Part shown: piece by piece, positions 32,213 through 41,365 of the stretch
How positions within the stretch are numbered: position 1 is the first letter of the stretch
Layout of the letters: each line of letters opens with the position of its first letter
Assembly (NCBI GenBank): GCA_009377475.1
Contig: WHTY01000015.1
Coordinates: 1,479-65,478, forward strand
DNA length: 64,000 nt
Direction: 5' to 3'
Source: Actinophytocola sp.
Lineage (GTDB): Bacteria > Actinomycetota > Actinomycetes > Mycobacteriales > Pseudonocardiaceae
The notes under the pieces: model-generated
Seen by the model: only the letters and a program-made list of their open reading frames with translations
Databases searched by the model: none
What the model was told of the DNA's origin: nothing
Position numbers and translations under genes: made by a program

Positions 32213-33154
32213 TCACGTCGTCAGCCCTCCATAGGTGTCGGGGCGGCGGGTTTCCAGGAACGGGAACAGCGTCAGCCAGTCGCGGCGCTGGTCGAGGTCG
32301 AGTGGTGCGACGAGGACGGCGTCGGCGTCGCGGGGGGCCGAGACGAGCACCCGGCCGTAGGGGTCGGAGATGAACGACGACCCGTAGAACCGCAGCGTGC
32401 CCTCGTCGCCCCAGCGGTTCGGGACGACCATGAACGTGCCGTTCGCGATGCCGTTGCCGACGATCACCTGCCGCCACAACGGCTGGGTGTCGAAGTCGGG
32501 GTGGTCGGGCTCGGACCCGATCGCGGTGGGGTAGACGATCACCTCCGCGCCCGCGAGCGAGTACGCCCGCGCGACCTCGGGGAACCACTGGTCCCAGCAC
32601 GTCGGCAGGCCGAACCGGGCCGGGTCGCCTGATGTCGGCACTTCCACGACGGGATATGGGTCCGGTCCCGAAGGGCCGCCACGGAAGTAGTGGTCCTCGT
32701 AGTACCCGGCCGAGATGGGGATGTGCAGCTTGCGGGTGCGGCCGAGCAGCGTGCCGTCAGGGGCGACCAGGATCGCGGTGTTGTAGCCGAGGCCGTCAGG
32801 GCCGCTGGGTCCGTCTGAGCGCTCGAACAGCGAGGCGTGCACGGCGACGCCGGCGTCGGCGGCGGCCTTCGCGGCGAAGGTGAACGTCGGTCCGGACGCC
32901 GGGTCCTCCGCCGTGGCGGCGGCGTCGCCGTCGGGTTTGGTGTCGGCGGGGTAGCGCGACAGCGTCAGCTCCGGCAGGCACACGACCTGCGCGCCCGCGC
33001 GGGCGGCGGTCTGGATGCCGTCCGTGAGCACCTGGGCGTGCTCGTCCGGATCGGCGTGCCAGCGGGTCTGCACCAGCCCGACGACCAGCGGGTCGCGGGT
33101 CGGCGCATGCACCCGGGCTGGCGACTCGGGGACGGTGGCGGTGATCAGCTCCAT
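32213..33154 (-). CDS. aguB: N-carbamoylputrescine amidase (carbon-nitrogen hydrolase family)
   Basis: 313 aa with a nitrilase-superfamily layout (catalytic Cys context PTCWDQWFPE). GAGGAG lies upstream of the ATG. It is adjacent to agmatine deiminase. Confidence 0.8.
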   Translation of the reverse strand: MELITATVPESPARVHAPTRDPLVVGLVQTRWHADPDEHAQVLTDGIQTAARAGAQVVCLPELTLSRYPADTKPDGDAAATAEDPASGPTFTFAAKAAADAGVAVHASLFERSDGPSGPDGLGYNTAILVAPDGTLLGRTRKLHIPISAGYYEDHYFRGGPSGPDPYPVVEVPTSGDPARFGLPTCWDQWFPEVARAYSLAGAEVIVYPTAIGSEPDHPDFDTQPLWRQVIVGNGIANGTFMVVPNRWGDEGTLRFYGSSFISDPYGRVLVSAPRDADAVLVAPLDLDQRRDWLTLFPFLETRRPDTYGGLTT

Positions 33155-33206
33155 GGTTCTCCTCGGGCGGGTTGTTGCGGCGGGTGTGGCTCCCGGTGCC
33201 GCGCTG

Positions 33207-34271
33207 TCAGCCCGCAGCGGGCTGTTGCTGGGTGATGCAGTGGATGCCGCCGCCGCACGCGAAAATGCCGCGCGCGTCGACCAGCTCCACCGTCCGATCC
33301 GGGTAGGCGGCCCGCAGCGCTTCGGCGGCGGCAGCGTCGTTCGGGTCGTCGAAGGCGCACAGCACGACGACGTCGTTGGCGACGTAGTGGTTGATGTAGG
33401 AGTAGTCGACTGAGCGGCCGTCGTCGTCCTCGATCACCGTTGGCGCCGCGATCTCGATGACGTCGAGGGTGCGCCCGCGCGCGTCGGTGCTGGCGCGCAG
33501 CAGCTCGGCGATCTCGTGCGTGACGTCGTAGTCCGGATGCGCCCGGTTCCGCTGGACGTGGACGGCGACCGCGCCGGGACGGACGAAGCTGACCACCAGG
33601 TCGACGTGGCCACGCGTGCCGAACTCGTCGTAGTCCCTGGTCAGGCCGCGCGGCAGCCAGATCGCGGACGTCGTGCCGAGCTGGGCGTGCACCTCGGCCT
33701 CGACGTCGGCGGCGGTCCAGCCGGGGTTGCGGCCCGGGTCGAGCTGGACCGTCTCGGTCAGCAGCACGGTGCCCTCGCCGTCGACGTGGAACCCGCCGCC
33801 CTCCATGGTCAGCCGGGACCGCCGCGAGGGACGTCCGGCCAGCTCGGCGACCTGCCGCGCGACCTGGTCGTCGCGCTCCCAGCTCGCCCAGTCCTGGCCG
33901 CCCCAGCCGTTGAACGCCCAGTCCACGGCGGCGTCGCGCACGAACGTTGGACCGCTGTCGCGCAGCCAGGCGTCGTCCAGCGGCAGCTCAACCACGGTCA
34001 CCTCGGGGCGCACCAGCGCCTTGGCCGCCGCGCCCTGGTCGATGCCCGCGACGAGGGTGACCGGCTCGTAGCGCGCGATCGTGTTGGCGACGTCGGTCCA
34101 CAGCCGTCTGGCGTGCGCCAGCGACGGCGAGCCGTCCGCGCCGAACGTGTCGTTCGGGGGAGGGAAGGCCATCCAGGTGCGGTCGTGCCTGGCCCATTCG
34201 GCTGGCATGACCTGCGGTGGGGAAGTCGGCATCGTCGTCCCATCACTCGACGTTGAATCTGGCAGAACCAT
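33207..34271 (-). CDS. aguA: Agmatine deiminase
   Basis: It has MPAEWARHDRTWMAFP near the N-terminus and the C-terminal catalytic motif GGGIHCITQQQP. The start is either 34271 or 34232. Confidence 0.85.
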   Translation of the reverse strand: MVLPDSTSSDGTTMPTSPPQVMPAEWARHDRTWMAFPPPNDTFGADGSPSLAHARRLWTDVANTIARYEPVTLVAGIDQGAAAKALVRPEVTVVELPLDDAWLRDSGPTFVRDAAVDWAFNGWGGQDWASWERDDQVARQVAELAGRPSRRSRLTMEGGGFHVDGEGTVLLTETVQLDPGRNPGWTAADVEAEVHAQLGTTSAIWLPRGLTRDYDEFGTRGHVDLVVSFVRPGAVAVHVQRNRAHPDYDVTHEIAELLRASTDARGRTLDVIEIAAPTVIEDDDGRSVDYSYINHYVANDVVVLCAFDDPNDAAAAEALRAAYPDRTVELVDARGIFACGGGIHCITQQQPAAG

Positions 34272-34389
34272 AACTGCCGAACGACTAAATTAGAAGACTT
34301 AAGATGGAAACTCAACGAAATCGCTTGCGCAACGTCCGATCTTCGGTGCAGACTGACACCCACGCCGCCCCGAATCGAACAGGACGATC

Positions 34390-35772
34390 ATGACGTTTCA
34401 ACACCGTGACTCCGAGACGCTGCAGAAGTCGGCGCAGGGCCATCTGTGGCCGCACTTCACTCAGTTGGGCGACTACGGACCCGACGCGCCGATGCCTGTC
34501 ATCGTGCGCGGCGAAGGCGCGTACGTCTACGACGTGAACGGCAAGCGATACCTCGACGGCCTGGCAGGGCTGTTCGTCAACCAGCTCGGCCACGGCCGCA
34601 CCGAACTCGCCGAGGTCGCCGCGAAGCAGGCGAACGAGCTGGCGTACTTCCCGCTGTGGTCGTACGCGCACCCGACCGCCATCGAGCTGTCGGAGCGCGT
34701 GGCGGCCGCCGCGCCGGGTGACCTCAACCGGGTCTTCTTCACCTCGGGCGGCGGCGAGGCGGTCGAGACGGCGTGGAAGCTGGCGAAGCAGTACTTCAAG
34801 CTGACAGGCAAGCCGGGCAAGCACAAGGTCATCAGCCGCGCCGTCGCCTACCACGGCACCACCCAGGGCGCGCTGTCGATCACCGGCCTGCCCGGGCTGA
34901 AGGCGCCGTTCGAGCCGCTGGTGCCCAGCACGTTCCGCGTGCCCAACACCAACATCTACCGCGCGCCGCACTTCGGCGACGACCCGGAGGCGTTCGGCCG
35001 GTGGGCCGCCGACCAGATCGGCGTCGCGATCGAGCAGGAAGGCGCGGACACCGTCGCGGCGGTGTTCCTCGAGCCGGTGCAGAACGCCGGTGGCTGTTTC
35101 CCGCCGCCGCCCGATTACTTCCAGCGGGTGCGCGAGATCTGCGACGAGCACGACGTCCTGCTGGTGTCCGACGAGGTGATCTGCGCGTTCGGCAGGCTCG
35201 GCCACACCTTCGGCGCGGAGCGCTACGGGTACCAGCCGGACATGATCACCTGCGCCAAGGGCATCACCTCCGGCTACGCGCCGCTCGGCGCGATGATCGC
35301 CAGCGACCGGCTGGTCGAGCCGTTCCTGCGCACCGGCGTCATGTTCGCGCACGGCTACACGTTCGGCGGACATCCCGTGTCGTCGGCGGTGGCGCTGGCC
35401 AACCTGGACATCTTCGAGCGCGAGCGCGTCTTCGAGCACGTGCGCGAGAACGAGGGCGCGTTCCGGTCGACGTTGGAGAAGCTGTGTGACCTGCCGATCG
35501 TCGGCGACGTCCGTGGCGACGGCTTCTTCTACGGCATCGAACTGGTCAAAGACAAAGCTGCCAAGACGACATTTGACGCCGAGGAGTCCGACCGGCTGCT
35601 GCGCGGGTTCCTGTCCAAGGCGATCTTCGACGCGGGCCTGTACTGCCGCGCCGACGACCGTGGCGACCCGGTCGTGCAGCTCGCGCCGCCGCTGATCTGC
35701 GACCAGTCGCACTTCGACGAGATCGAGTCGATCTTGCGCGAGGTGCTGACCGAGGCGTGGCAGCGGATCTGA
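34390..35772 (+). CDS. Class-III PLP-dependent aminotransferase (putrescine/omega-amino acid transaminase-like)
   Basis: 460 aa with motifs SGGGEAVE, DEVICAFGRLG and the PLP-lysine context TCAKGITSGY. It is divergent from aguA. Confidence 0.85.
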   Translation: MTFQHRDSETLQKSAQGHLWPHFTQLGDYGPDAPMPVIVRGEGAYVYDVNGKRYLDGLAGLFVNQLGHGRTELAEVAAKQANELAYFPLWSYAHPTAIELSERVAAAAPGDLNRVFFTSGGGEAVETAWKLAKQYFKLTGKPGKHKVISRAVAYHGTTQGALSITGLPGLKAPFEPLVPSTFRVPNTNIYRAPHFGDDPEAFGRWAADQIGVAIEQEGADTVAAVFLEPVQNAGGCFPPPPDYFQRVREICDEHDVLLVSDEVICAFGRLGHTFGAERYGYQPDMITCAKGITSGYAPLGAMIASDRLVEPFLRTGVMFAHGYTFGGHPVSSAVALANLDIFERERVFEHVRENEGAFRSTLEKLCDLPIVGDVRGDGFFYGIELVKDKAAKTTFDAEESDRLLRGFLSKAIFDAGLYCRADDRGDPVVQLAPPLICDQSHFDEIESILREVLTEAWQRI

Positions 35773-35802
35773 ATCGGCCCTGTGATGCTTAGGATGCCTC
35801 GT

Positions 35803-36282
35803 ATGCCATCCCGGTCAGGTAAGAGCGAGCACAACGGGCTGCTCGATGACACGTCCAAGGCGATCATCGAGCAGCTCCAACAGGACGGACGCCGTGCGTA
35901 TGGCGCCATCGGCAAGGCGGTGGGGCTGTCCGAGGCGGCCGTGCGCCAACGGGTGCAGAAGCTGATCGACAACGGCATCATCCAGATCGTCGCCGTCACC
36001 GATCCGACCGAGGTCGGCTTCGCCCGGCAGGCCATGATCGGCATCAAGGCAACCGGAGATCTTGAGCCGATCAGCGACGCACTCGCCGAGATGGACGAGG
36101 TCGACTACGTCGTCATCACGGCGGGGAGCTTCGACCTCATCGCCGAGGTGGTGTGCGAGAGCGACGAGCATCTGCTCGAGGTGCTGTCCAAGCGCATCCG
36201 CAGCATTCCTGGTGTCGTGAGCACGGAATCGTTCGTGTACCTGCGGCTGCGCAAGCAGACGTACTCCTGGGGCGTGCGCTGA
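35803..36282 (+). CDS. Lrp/AsnC-family transcriptional regulator
   Basis: It has the HTH sequence LDDTSKAIIEQLQQDGRRAYGAIGKAVGLSEAAVRQRVQKL and a C-terminal RAM-like domain. The start is chosen at the ATG at 35803 (AGGA 8 nt upstream). Confidence 0.85.
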   Translation: MPSRSGKSEHNGLLDDTSKAIIEQLQQDGRRAYGAIGKAVGLSEAAVRQRVQKLIDNGIIQIVAVTDPTEVGFARQAMIGIKATGDLEPISDALAEMDEVDYVVITAGSFDLIAEVVCESDEHLLEVLSKRIRSIPGVVSTESFVYLRLRKQTYSWGVR

Positions 36283-36318
36283 ACCCATTCCGGTGACGTC
36301 GCCCTGCCGCGCGCGGCA

Positions 36319-36354
36319 GGCGCCCTGGGCCCGGCTGGCGCCCTGGGCCCGGCT
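36319..36354. repeat. Perfect 18-bp tandem duplication GGCGCCCTGGGCCCGGCT x2
   Basis: Read directly from the sequence. It is intergenic. Confidence 0.8.
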
Positions 36355-36355
36355 T

Positions 36356-36427
36356 CGCCAGGGATATTGCGCGATGTGCGCCGGCTTCGCGGGTGTTTGT
36401 CTGATTCTCGCGGCCATATCCCTGGCG
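36356..36427. repeat. 12-bp perfect inverted repeat CGCCAGGGATAT / ATATCCCTGGCG with a 48-nt spacer
   Basis: Read directly from the sequence. It is intergenic, immediately after the 18-bp duplication. Confidence 0.75.
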
Positions 36428-36468
36428 AAGTCTGGTAAGACCCCGACGTGATGTGAAGGACCTTGGCC

Positions 36469-36579
36469 ATGACCCGTGCCATCACCCACGGTATCGACGG
36501 CAGTCCGTCCGAGTCGGACGCCAGCCGCTCCGGTCCCGTCTACGACCCCGTCACCCGGCAGGTCAGCGCCAGCGTGTAA
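36469..36579 (+). CDS. Candidate 36-aa ORF (MTRAITHGIDGSPSESDASRSGPVYDPVTRQVSASV)
   Basis: GAAGGA lies 8 nt upstream of the ATG. GC3 is about 89% by my count, and the ORF ends in TAA. I recognise no family, and it could be a chance ORF. Confidence 0.25.
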   Translation: MTRAITHGIDGSPSESDASRSGPVYDPVTRQVSASV

Positions 36580-36649
36580 TTGGCGCGAGTCGCATCGTGC
36601 GGATGCGCGAGTCCCGCGTTGTCGTGCCGGTGCTCTAGCGTCGAACGCT

Positions 36650-36723
36650 GAACACGGCGTCGGGAACGGGGGACACGGCGTCGGGAACGGGGGACACGGC
36701 GTCGGGAACGGGGGACACGGCGC
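36650..36723 (-). repeat. 21-bp tandem repeat, about 3.5 units, locus C
   Basis: On the minus strand the unit is CGCCGTGTCCCCCGTTCCCGA. Two copies are perfect, one has a single mismatch, and one is partial. The array ends at the base next to the TAA stop (36724..36726) of the dehydroshikimate dehydratase gene. Confidence 0.9.
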
Positions 36724-38568
36724 TTACGTCCGTGCCAGACGGGTGTCGCGGTGGGCGGCCATGCGGACGGGCGCGTTGACCGCGCCGTAGCCGGTGTAGT
36801 CGTCGACACGCTGCACGATCTCGAAGAACACCCGGGAGCCGAGCAGCTCGGTGTGGCAGTGGAAGTACTCGCCGTGCGCGTCGCGGTCGTGGAGGACACC
36901 GTACGCGCGCATGTCGGCGAGCAGGTCCGGGTCGACATGTCGCCGGGCGTCGAGATCGTCGTAGTAGTTGTCCGGCACCCGCAGCAGCGGTGCGCCGCGC
37001 TCGGCGAGCGTCCGTGCGGTGGCGATGATGTCGTCGGTGTGGAACGCGATGTGCTGCGGGTCGGGGATGTCGGGTGCCCACTCGCCGCGACGGAGGAGCG
37101 AACCGTTGAGCACGATCCGCACCCGCCCTTTCGGATCGGTGACCGCACGGCTGCGTACCAGCCCGAACGGCGCGGCGAACTCACTGTCGTCGCGTGGATC
37201 GAGACCCAACACCGACCGATAGAACAGCGTGGCCTCGTCGAAGTAGTCGAACGGCTGGGTGAGTCCGATGTGGTCGATCCGGCTGATGCCCGCGATCGAC
37301 GTCGAAGCATCACCGGTGCGGATGAAGTCGGACAGCCAGCTCGCCGGGTCGGCACCGGTGCGGCAGAAGAACACCGACGAGCCATCCGGGGCCGCGACCG
37401 CCGTCAGGTCCGCCTCTTCTGGCCCTCGGGTTCGGGGGAGCGCCGGGGCACACAGCTCCTGGGCACGTCGTGCCGAGCGGCCAGGGTCGTCGGTCTCCAC
37501 GGCGACGGCGGCGATGCCCGTGGCGTCACCCGCGCCCGCGTTGAGCACGATCCGTGCCTCGCCTTGTTGCCAGAGCTGCACTGGCTTGGACCGATGCTGC
37601 CCGATGTGCGCGAAGCCCAGCGACGCCAGTGCTCGCCCCACGACCGGCCCGGAGTCGGCGTCCACCGCCAGCTCCGCGAAGGCGAACCCGGCCAGCTCGG
37701 GGGCGGCGGGTGGCCGCGAAAGCTCCGCTCGCGCATCGGGCCGGACGAGCTCGGGCACCCCGGCCAGTCCTTCCTCCAGCGCGATCAGCGAGCGCATCGC
37801 GTCCACCGCGGCGCGATCCGGCGGGGACTGCCGGAACACGTCGTTGAACACCTCGAGCGACAGCGGTCCCTGGTACTCGGCGGCAAGGACCTGCGCGGTG
37901 AACGACGTCAGATCGAACGCGCCCTGTCCTGGGAACAGCCGGTGGTGCCTGCTCCACTGCAGGACGTCCATGTCGAGCCGGGGCGCGTCTGCGAGTTGTA
38001 GGAAGAACAGCTTCTCGCCGGGAACGTCCGCGATACCGGACGGCTCCGGCTCGCGCGAGAGCACGTGGAAGCTGTCAAGGCACAACCCGAGCGCGGGGTG
38101 ATCGCCACGCCGCACGATCCCCCACGAGTGGCGCCACGTGTTGACGTGCCGCCCCCACGCCAGTGCCTCATACGCCACGCGCATGCCGTGTTCGGCGGCC
38201 TCGCTGGCAAGGCGGTGCAACTGTTCGGCCGCGAGGTCGTCGTCATCGACGGCGTCGGGGGACACCGATGAGCAGACCAGCACGGTGTCCGCGCCGAGAC
38301 GTCGCATCAGCGCGAACTTGTGCCGCGCCCGGCGCAGGTTCCGCTCCAACTGCTCCGGCCCGACCGCCTCGAAGTCGCGGAACGGCTGGTAGAGGTCGAT
38401 CGACAACCCCAGCTCGTCGCACCGCTCGCGCACCCGCTCCGGCCGCAACGGCGCCGCGATGAGGTCGTTCTCGAAGATCTCGACGCCGTCGAACCCGGCG
38501 GCGGCCGCCGCGCGCAGCTTGTCGTCGAGCGTGCCGGACAGGCACACGGTTGCGATGGATCGGCGCAT
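36724..38568 (-). CDS. qsuB: 3-dehydroshikimate dehydratase fused to a 4-hydroxyphenylpyruvate-dioxygenase-like domain (QsuB/QuiC type)
   Basis: The start is taken at the ATG at 38568. The N-terminal part is a xylose-isomerase-like TIM barrel (MRRSIATVCLSGTLDDKLRAAAAAGFDGVEIFENDL). The C-terminal part has vicinal-oxygen-chelate/HPPD-like repeats. Confidence 0.8.
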   Translation of the reverse strand: MRRSIATVCLSGTLDDKLRAAAAAGFDGVEIFENDLIAAPLRPERVRERCDELGLSIDLYQPFRDFEAVGPEQLERNLRRARHKFALMRRLGADTVLVCSSVSPDAVDDDDLAAEQLHRLASEAAEHGMRVAYEALAWGRHVNTWRHSWGIVRRGDHPALGLCLDSFHVLSREPEPSGIADVPGEKLFFLQLADAPRLDMDVLQWSRHHRLFPGQGAFDLTSFTAQVLAAEYQGPLSLEVFNDVFRQSPPDRAAVDAMRSLIALEEGLAGVPELVRPDARAELSRPPAAPELAGFAFAELAVDADSGPVVGRALASLGFAHIGQHRSKPVQLWQQGEARIVLNAGAGDATGIAAVAVETDDPGRSARRAQELCAPALPRTRGPEEADLTAVAAPDGSSVFFCRTGADPASWLSDFIRTGDASTSIAGISRIDHIGLTQPFDYFDEATLFYRSVLGLDPRDDSEFAAPFGLVRSRAVTDPKGRVRIVLNGSLLRRGEWAPDIPDPQHIAFHTDDIIATARTLAERGAPLLRVPDNYYDDLDARRHVDPDLLADMRAYGVLHDRDAHGEYFHCHTELLGSRVFFEIVQRVDDYTGYGAVNAPVRMAAHRDTRLART

Positions 38569-38632
38569 GTCAGGAGCCTTTCTCAGCGGGTGATGATGTC
38601 GCCGGTGCTGGCCGCGTCGGCGATCCGCAGAG

Positions 38633-39061
38633 TCACGACGCCAGCCAACGCAGCGCCAGCAGATACCCGTCGGTGCCGCACCCGGCGATGACGGCGTCAG
38701 CCAGCGGCGAGACATAGGAGTGCGCGCGGAACGACTCGCGCGCGTGGACGTTGGTGATGTGCACCTCCACCAGCGGCGCGGTCAGCATCGCGCAGGCGTC
38801 GGCGAGCGCGATGGACGTGTGCGCCAGCGCGCCGGGGTTGAACACAACCGGCGAGCCGTCGTCCGCCGCCTGGTGCAGCCAGCCGAGCAGCTCGTGCTCG
38901 GCGTCGCTCTGCCGCACCGACGCCGTCATGCCGAGTTCGGCGGCGGTGGCGACGCACGCCTCGGCGAGCTGGGCGTAGCTCGTCCTGCCGTACTTGGCGG
39001 GTTCGCGCACGCCCAGCCTGCCGAGGTTCGGGCCGTTCAGCACCAGTACGGACACCGTCAC
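38633..39061 (-). CDS. aroQ: Type II 3-dehydroquinate dehydratase
   Basis: The track ORF is trimmed to the GTG at 39061 (GTGA overlap with the dctP stop). Motifs [16 protein letters not shown] and [12 protein letters not shown] are present. Confidence 0.9.
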   Translation of the reverse strand: MTVSVLVLNGPNLGRLGVREPAKYGRTSYAQLAEACVATAAELGMTASVRQSDAEHELLGWLHQAADDGSPVVFNPGALAHTSIALADACAMLTAPLVEVHITNVHARESFRAHSYVSPLADAVIAGCGTDGYLLALRWLAS

Positions 39062-40068
39062 TCCGACGTCGACTGCCGGATCGCCTGGTAAAGCTCGGCC
39101 TGCTTGCCGGAGAGGTTCTCGCGGAAGTAGTCCTCGGCGCGCTGCGAGAAGGCGTCCTGGTCGACGTCGTCGACAACCGTCATCCCGCCGTTGGCTCGCC
39201 AGTCGTCGAGGATCTTCTGTTCCTGCTCCTCGATGCACTCGCGGTTCTCGGCGCGGGTGTCAGATACCGACTTCTGCAACGCCTCCTGCTGCTCGGTCGA
39301 CATCTCCTGCCACCGCTCGTCCGAGATGGCGATCAACTGCGAGCCGGTCTGGTGCCCGGTCAGGCTGACGTGGCTCTGCACCTCGTCGAAGCTTTCGTCC
39401 GCGATCGTCGGGATCGGGTTCTCCTGGCCGTCGATGATGCCCTGCTGCAACCCGAGGTAGACCTCCTCGAACGCGACCGCGGTGGCCTTCGCGCCGAGCG
39501 CCTTGGCGTTCTCGAGGTAGATCGGCGAGTCGGGGAAGCGCATCCGCGGACCTTGCAGGTCGGCGGGCTCCCGGATCGGCTGGTTCGCGGTGAAGTGCCG
39601 CATGCCGAAGAACCAGACGTCGAGGATGCGGGCGCCGGTCTTCGCGGCGAAGTCCTCCTTGAGCTGCTCCGCCTCGGCGCTGTCGAAGAAGTCGAACAGG
39701 TGGTCAGGGCCGTCGAAGGCGTAGGCCATGTCGAGCACGCCGATCGGCGCGTAGCTCGATGCCAACGCCGACGAGCCTTGGACGTCCATGTCGACGTCGC
39801 CCGCCATCAGCGAGGTGAACCGTTCGGTGTCCTCGCCGAGCTGGCTGTTCGGGAACGTTTCGATCGTGACGCCGATGTCCTTGCTGTTGATGTCGTCGGC
39901 GACGGCTTGGATGCCGCACTTGGTGTGGGGATGGCTGGTGGGGTAGCTGTTGGCGAACGACAGGGTGATGCCCTCGCCGTCGCCGCCGACGTCGCTCGCC
40001 GCGGTGCAACCCGCCGCGAGCAGAGCCGCTGCGGGCAGTATCGCCAGCAGCCGGGAACGAGTGCGCAT
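39058..40068 (-). CDS. dctP: TRAP transporter substrate-binding lipoprotein (DctP family)
   Basis: 336 aa with a signal peptide and lipobox LAAGC. AAGGAGGAG lies upstream of the ATG. Confidence 0.85.
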   Translation of the reverse strand: MRTRSRLLAILPAAALLAAGCTAASDVGGDGEGITLSFANSYPTSHPHTKCGIQAVADDINSKDIGVTIETFPNSQLGEDTERFTSLMAGDVDMDVQGSSALASSYAPIGVLDMAYAFDGPDHLFDFFDSAEAEQLKEDFAAKTGARILDVWFFGMRHFTANQPIREPADLQGPRMRFPDSPIYLENAKALGAKATAVAFEEVYLGLQQGIIDGQENPIPTIADESFDEVQSHVSLTGHQTGSQLIAISDERWQEMSTEQQEALQKSVSDTRAENRECIEEQEQKILDDWRANGGMTVVDDVDQDAFSQRAEDYFRENLSGKQAELYQAIRQSTSE

Positions 40069-40090
40069 GAGTACTCCTCCTTTGATGGGG

Positions 40091-41365
40091 TTACAGCCCG
40101 AGCAGGCCGGGCAGGAACGTGACGACGCTGGGCACGAAGGTCACCAGCAGCAGCACCGCGAACAGCGGGATCAGGAACGGCAGCGTGCCTCGGAACACCT
40201 CGTGCACGTCGAGCTTGGTGACCGGGCTCATCACGTAGAGCACCGCGCCGATCGGCGGGGTCAGCAGCCCGATCATCAGGTTGAGGATCGCGATCACGCC
40301 GAACTGCAGCGGGTCGACGCCGAACTCGACGGCGATCGGCAGCAGGATCGGCACCGTGATCACCAGCACCGAAATCCCTTCGAGCACCGCGCCGAGGAAG
40401 ATCAGCAGCAGGTTGACCAGCAGCAGGAACACGACCGTGTTGTCGGTGACGCCCAGCATGGCCTCGGCGACGGCCTTCGGCACCTGCTCGCGCGCCAGGA
40501 TCCAGGCCAGCAGCCCTGACGCGCCGAGAATGAGCGTGATGGACGCGGTGGTCGCCGCCGTGTCGCGCAGGATGCCACCGAGGTCGCGCAGCCGCACGGT
40601 GCGGTAGGTGAACCCGAGCAGCAGCACGTAGAGCGCACCGACCGCCGCCGCTTCCGTTGGCGTGAACAGCCCGCCGAGGATCCCGCCGAGGATGATCACC
40701 GGTGCGCCGAGCGGACCGAGCACCCGCAGTGCCGCCGAGCGGAACCGCTGCCACTCGAAGGCCTGCCCGGCGAGTCCGGTCTGCTTGCGCGCCCAGACGA
40801 ACACCGCGACACCCAACCCCGCGGCCATGAGGAACGCGGGCACGACGGACGCGGCGAACAGCGCTCCGGTGGACACCGCGGCGATCGAGGCGTAGATGAC
40901 GGCGGGGATGCTCGGCGGCATCACCGGCCCGATCAGGCTGGACGCCGCCGTGATACCCACCGAGAAGCGCTTCGGATAGCCGTTGCGGACCATGGCGGGC
41001 ACCTCGACCTTGCCAAGACCCGCCGCGTCGGCGAGCGCGGAGCCGCTCATCCAGGAGAAGCCGAGGCTGACGCCGATGTTGACGTAGCCGAGGCTGCCTT
41101 TGACGCGACCGATCGTGGCGAGCGCGAAGTCGAACAGCCGGTCGGCGATGCCCGCCTGGTTGGCGATGACGCCCACCAGGATGAACAGCGGTACCGCGAG
41201 AAGCGGGAAGCTGTCGATGGCGCCGACGACCTCACGCGTGCTCAACCCGACCGAGTGGCCGTTGAAGGTGACGTAGGTCAGGGAGGGACCCAGCAGCGCG
41301 AACGCGACGGGCACGCGTAGCGCCAGCAGCGCGATGATCGCGGCGGCGAGCAGTGCCATGCTCAT
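40091..41365 (-). CDS. dctM: TRAP transporter large permease (DctM family)
   Basis: The track ORF is trimmed to the ATG at 41365 (ATGA overlap with the dctQ stop). The product is a 424-aa polytopic protein. Confidence 0.9.
   Translation of the reverse strand: MSMALLAAAIIALLALRVPVAFALLGPSLTYVTFNGHSVGLSTREVVGAIDSFPLLAVPLFILVGVIANQAGIADRLFDFALATIGRVKGSLGYVNIGVSLGFSWMSGSALADAAGLGKVEVPAMVRNGYPKRFSVGITAASSLIGPVMPPSIPAVIYASIAAVSTGALFAASVVPAFLMAAGLGVAVFVWARKQTGLAGQAFEWQRFRSAALRVLGPLGAPVIILGGILGGLFTPTEAAAVGALYVLLLGFTYRTVRLRDLGGILRDTAATTASITLILGASGLLAWILAREQVPKAVAEAMLGVTDNTVVFLLLVNLLLIFLGAVLEGISVLVITVPILLPIAVEFGVDPLQFGVIAILNLMIGLLTPPIGAVLYVMSPVTKLDVHEVFRGTLPFLIPLFAVLLLVTFVPSVVTFLPGLLGL

Noticed and set aside
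36476-36790. 104-aa ORF with GHGVGNG repeats, and the 146-aa ORF 61210..61650 (-) with PLCPALPPLCPTLT repeats.
   Set aside because: The repeats are translations of the 21-bp DNA arrays, which stay open in every frame because 21 is a multiple of 3. The remaining parts overlap real genes out of frame.
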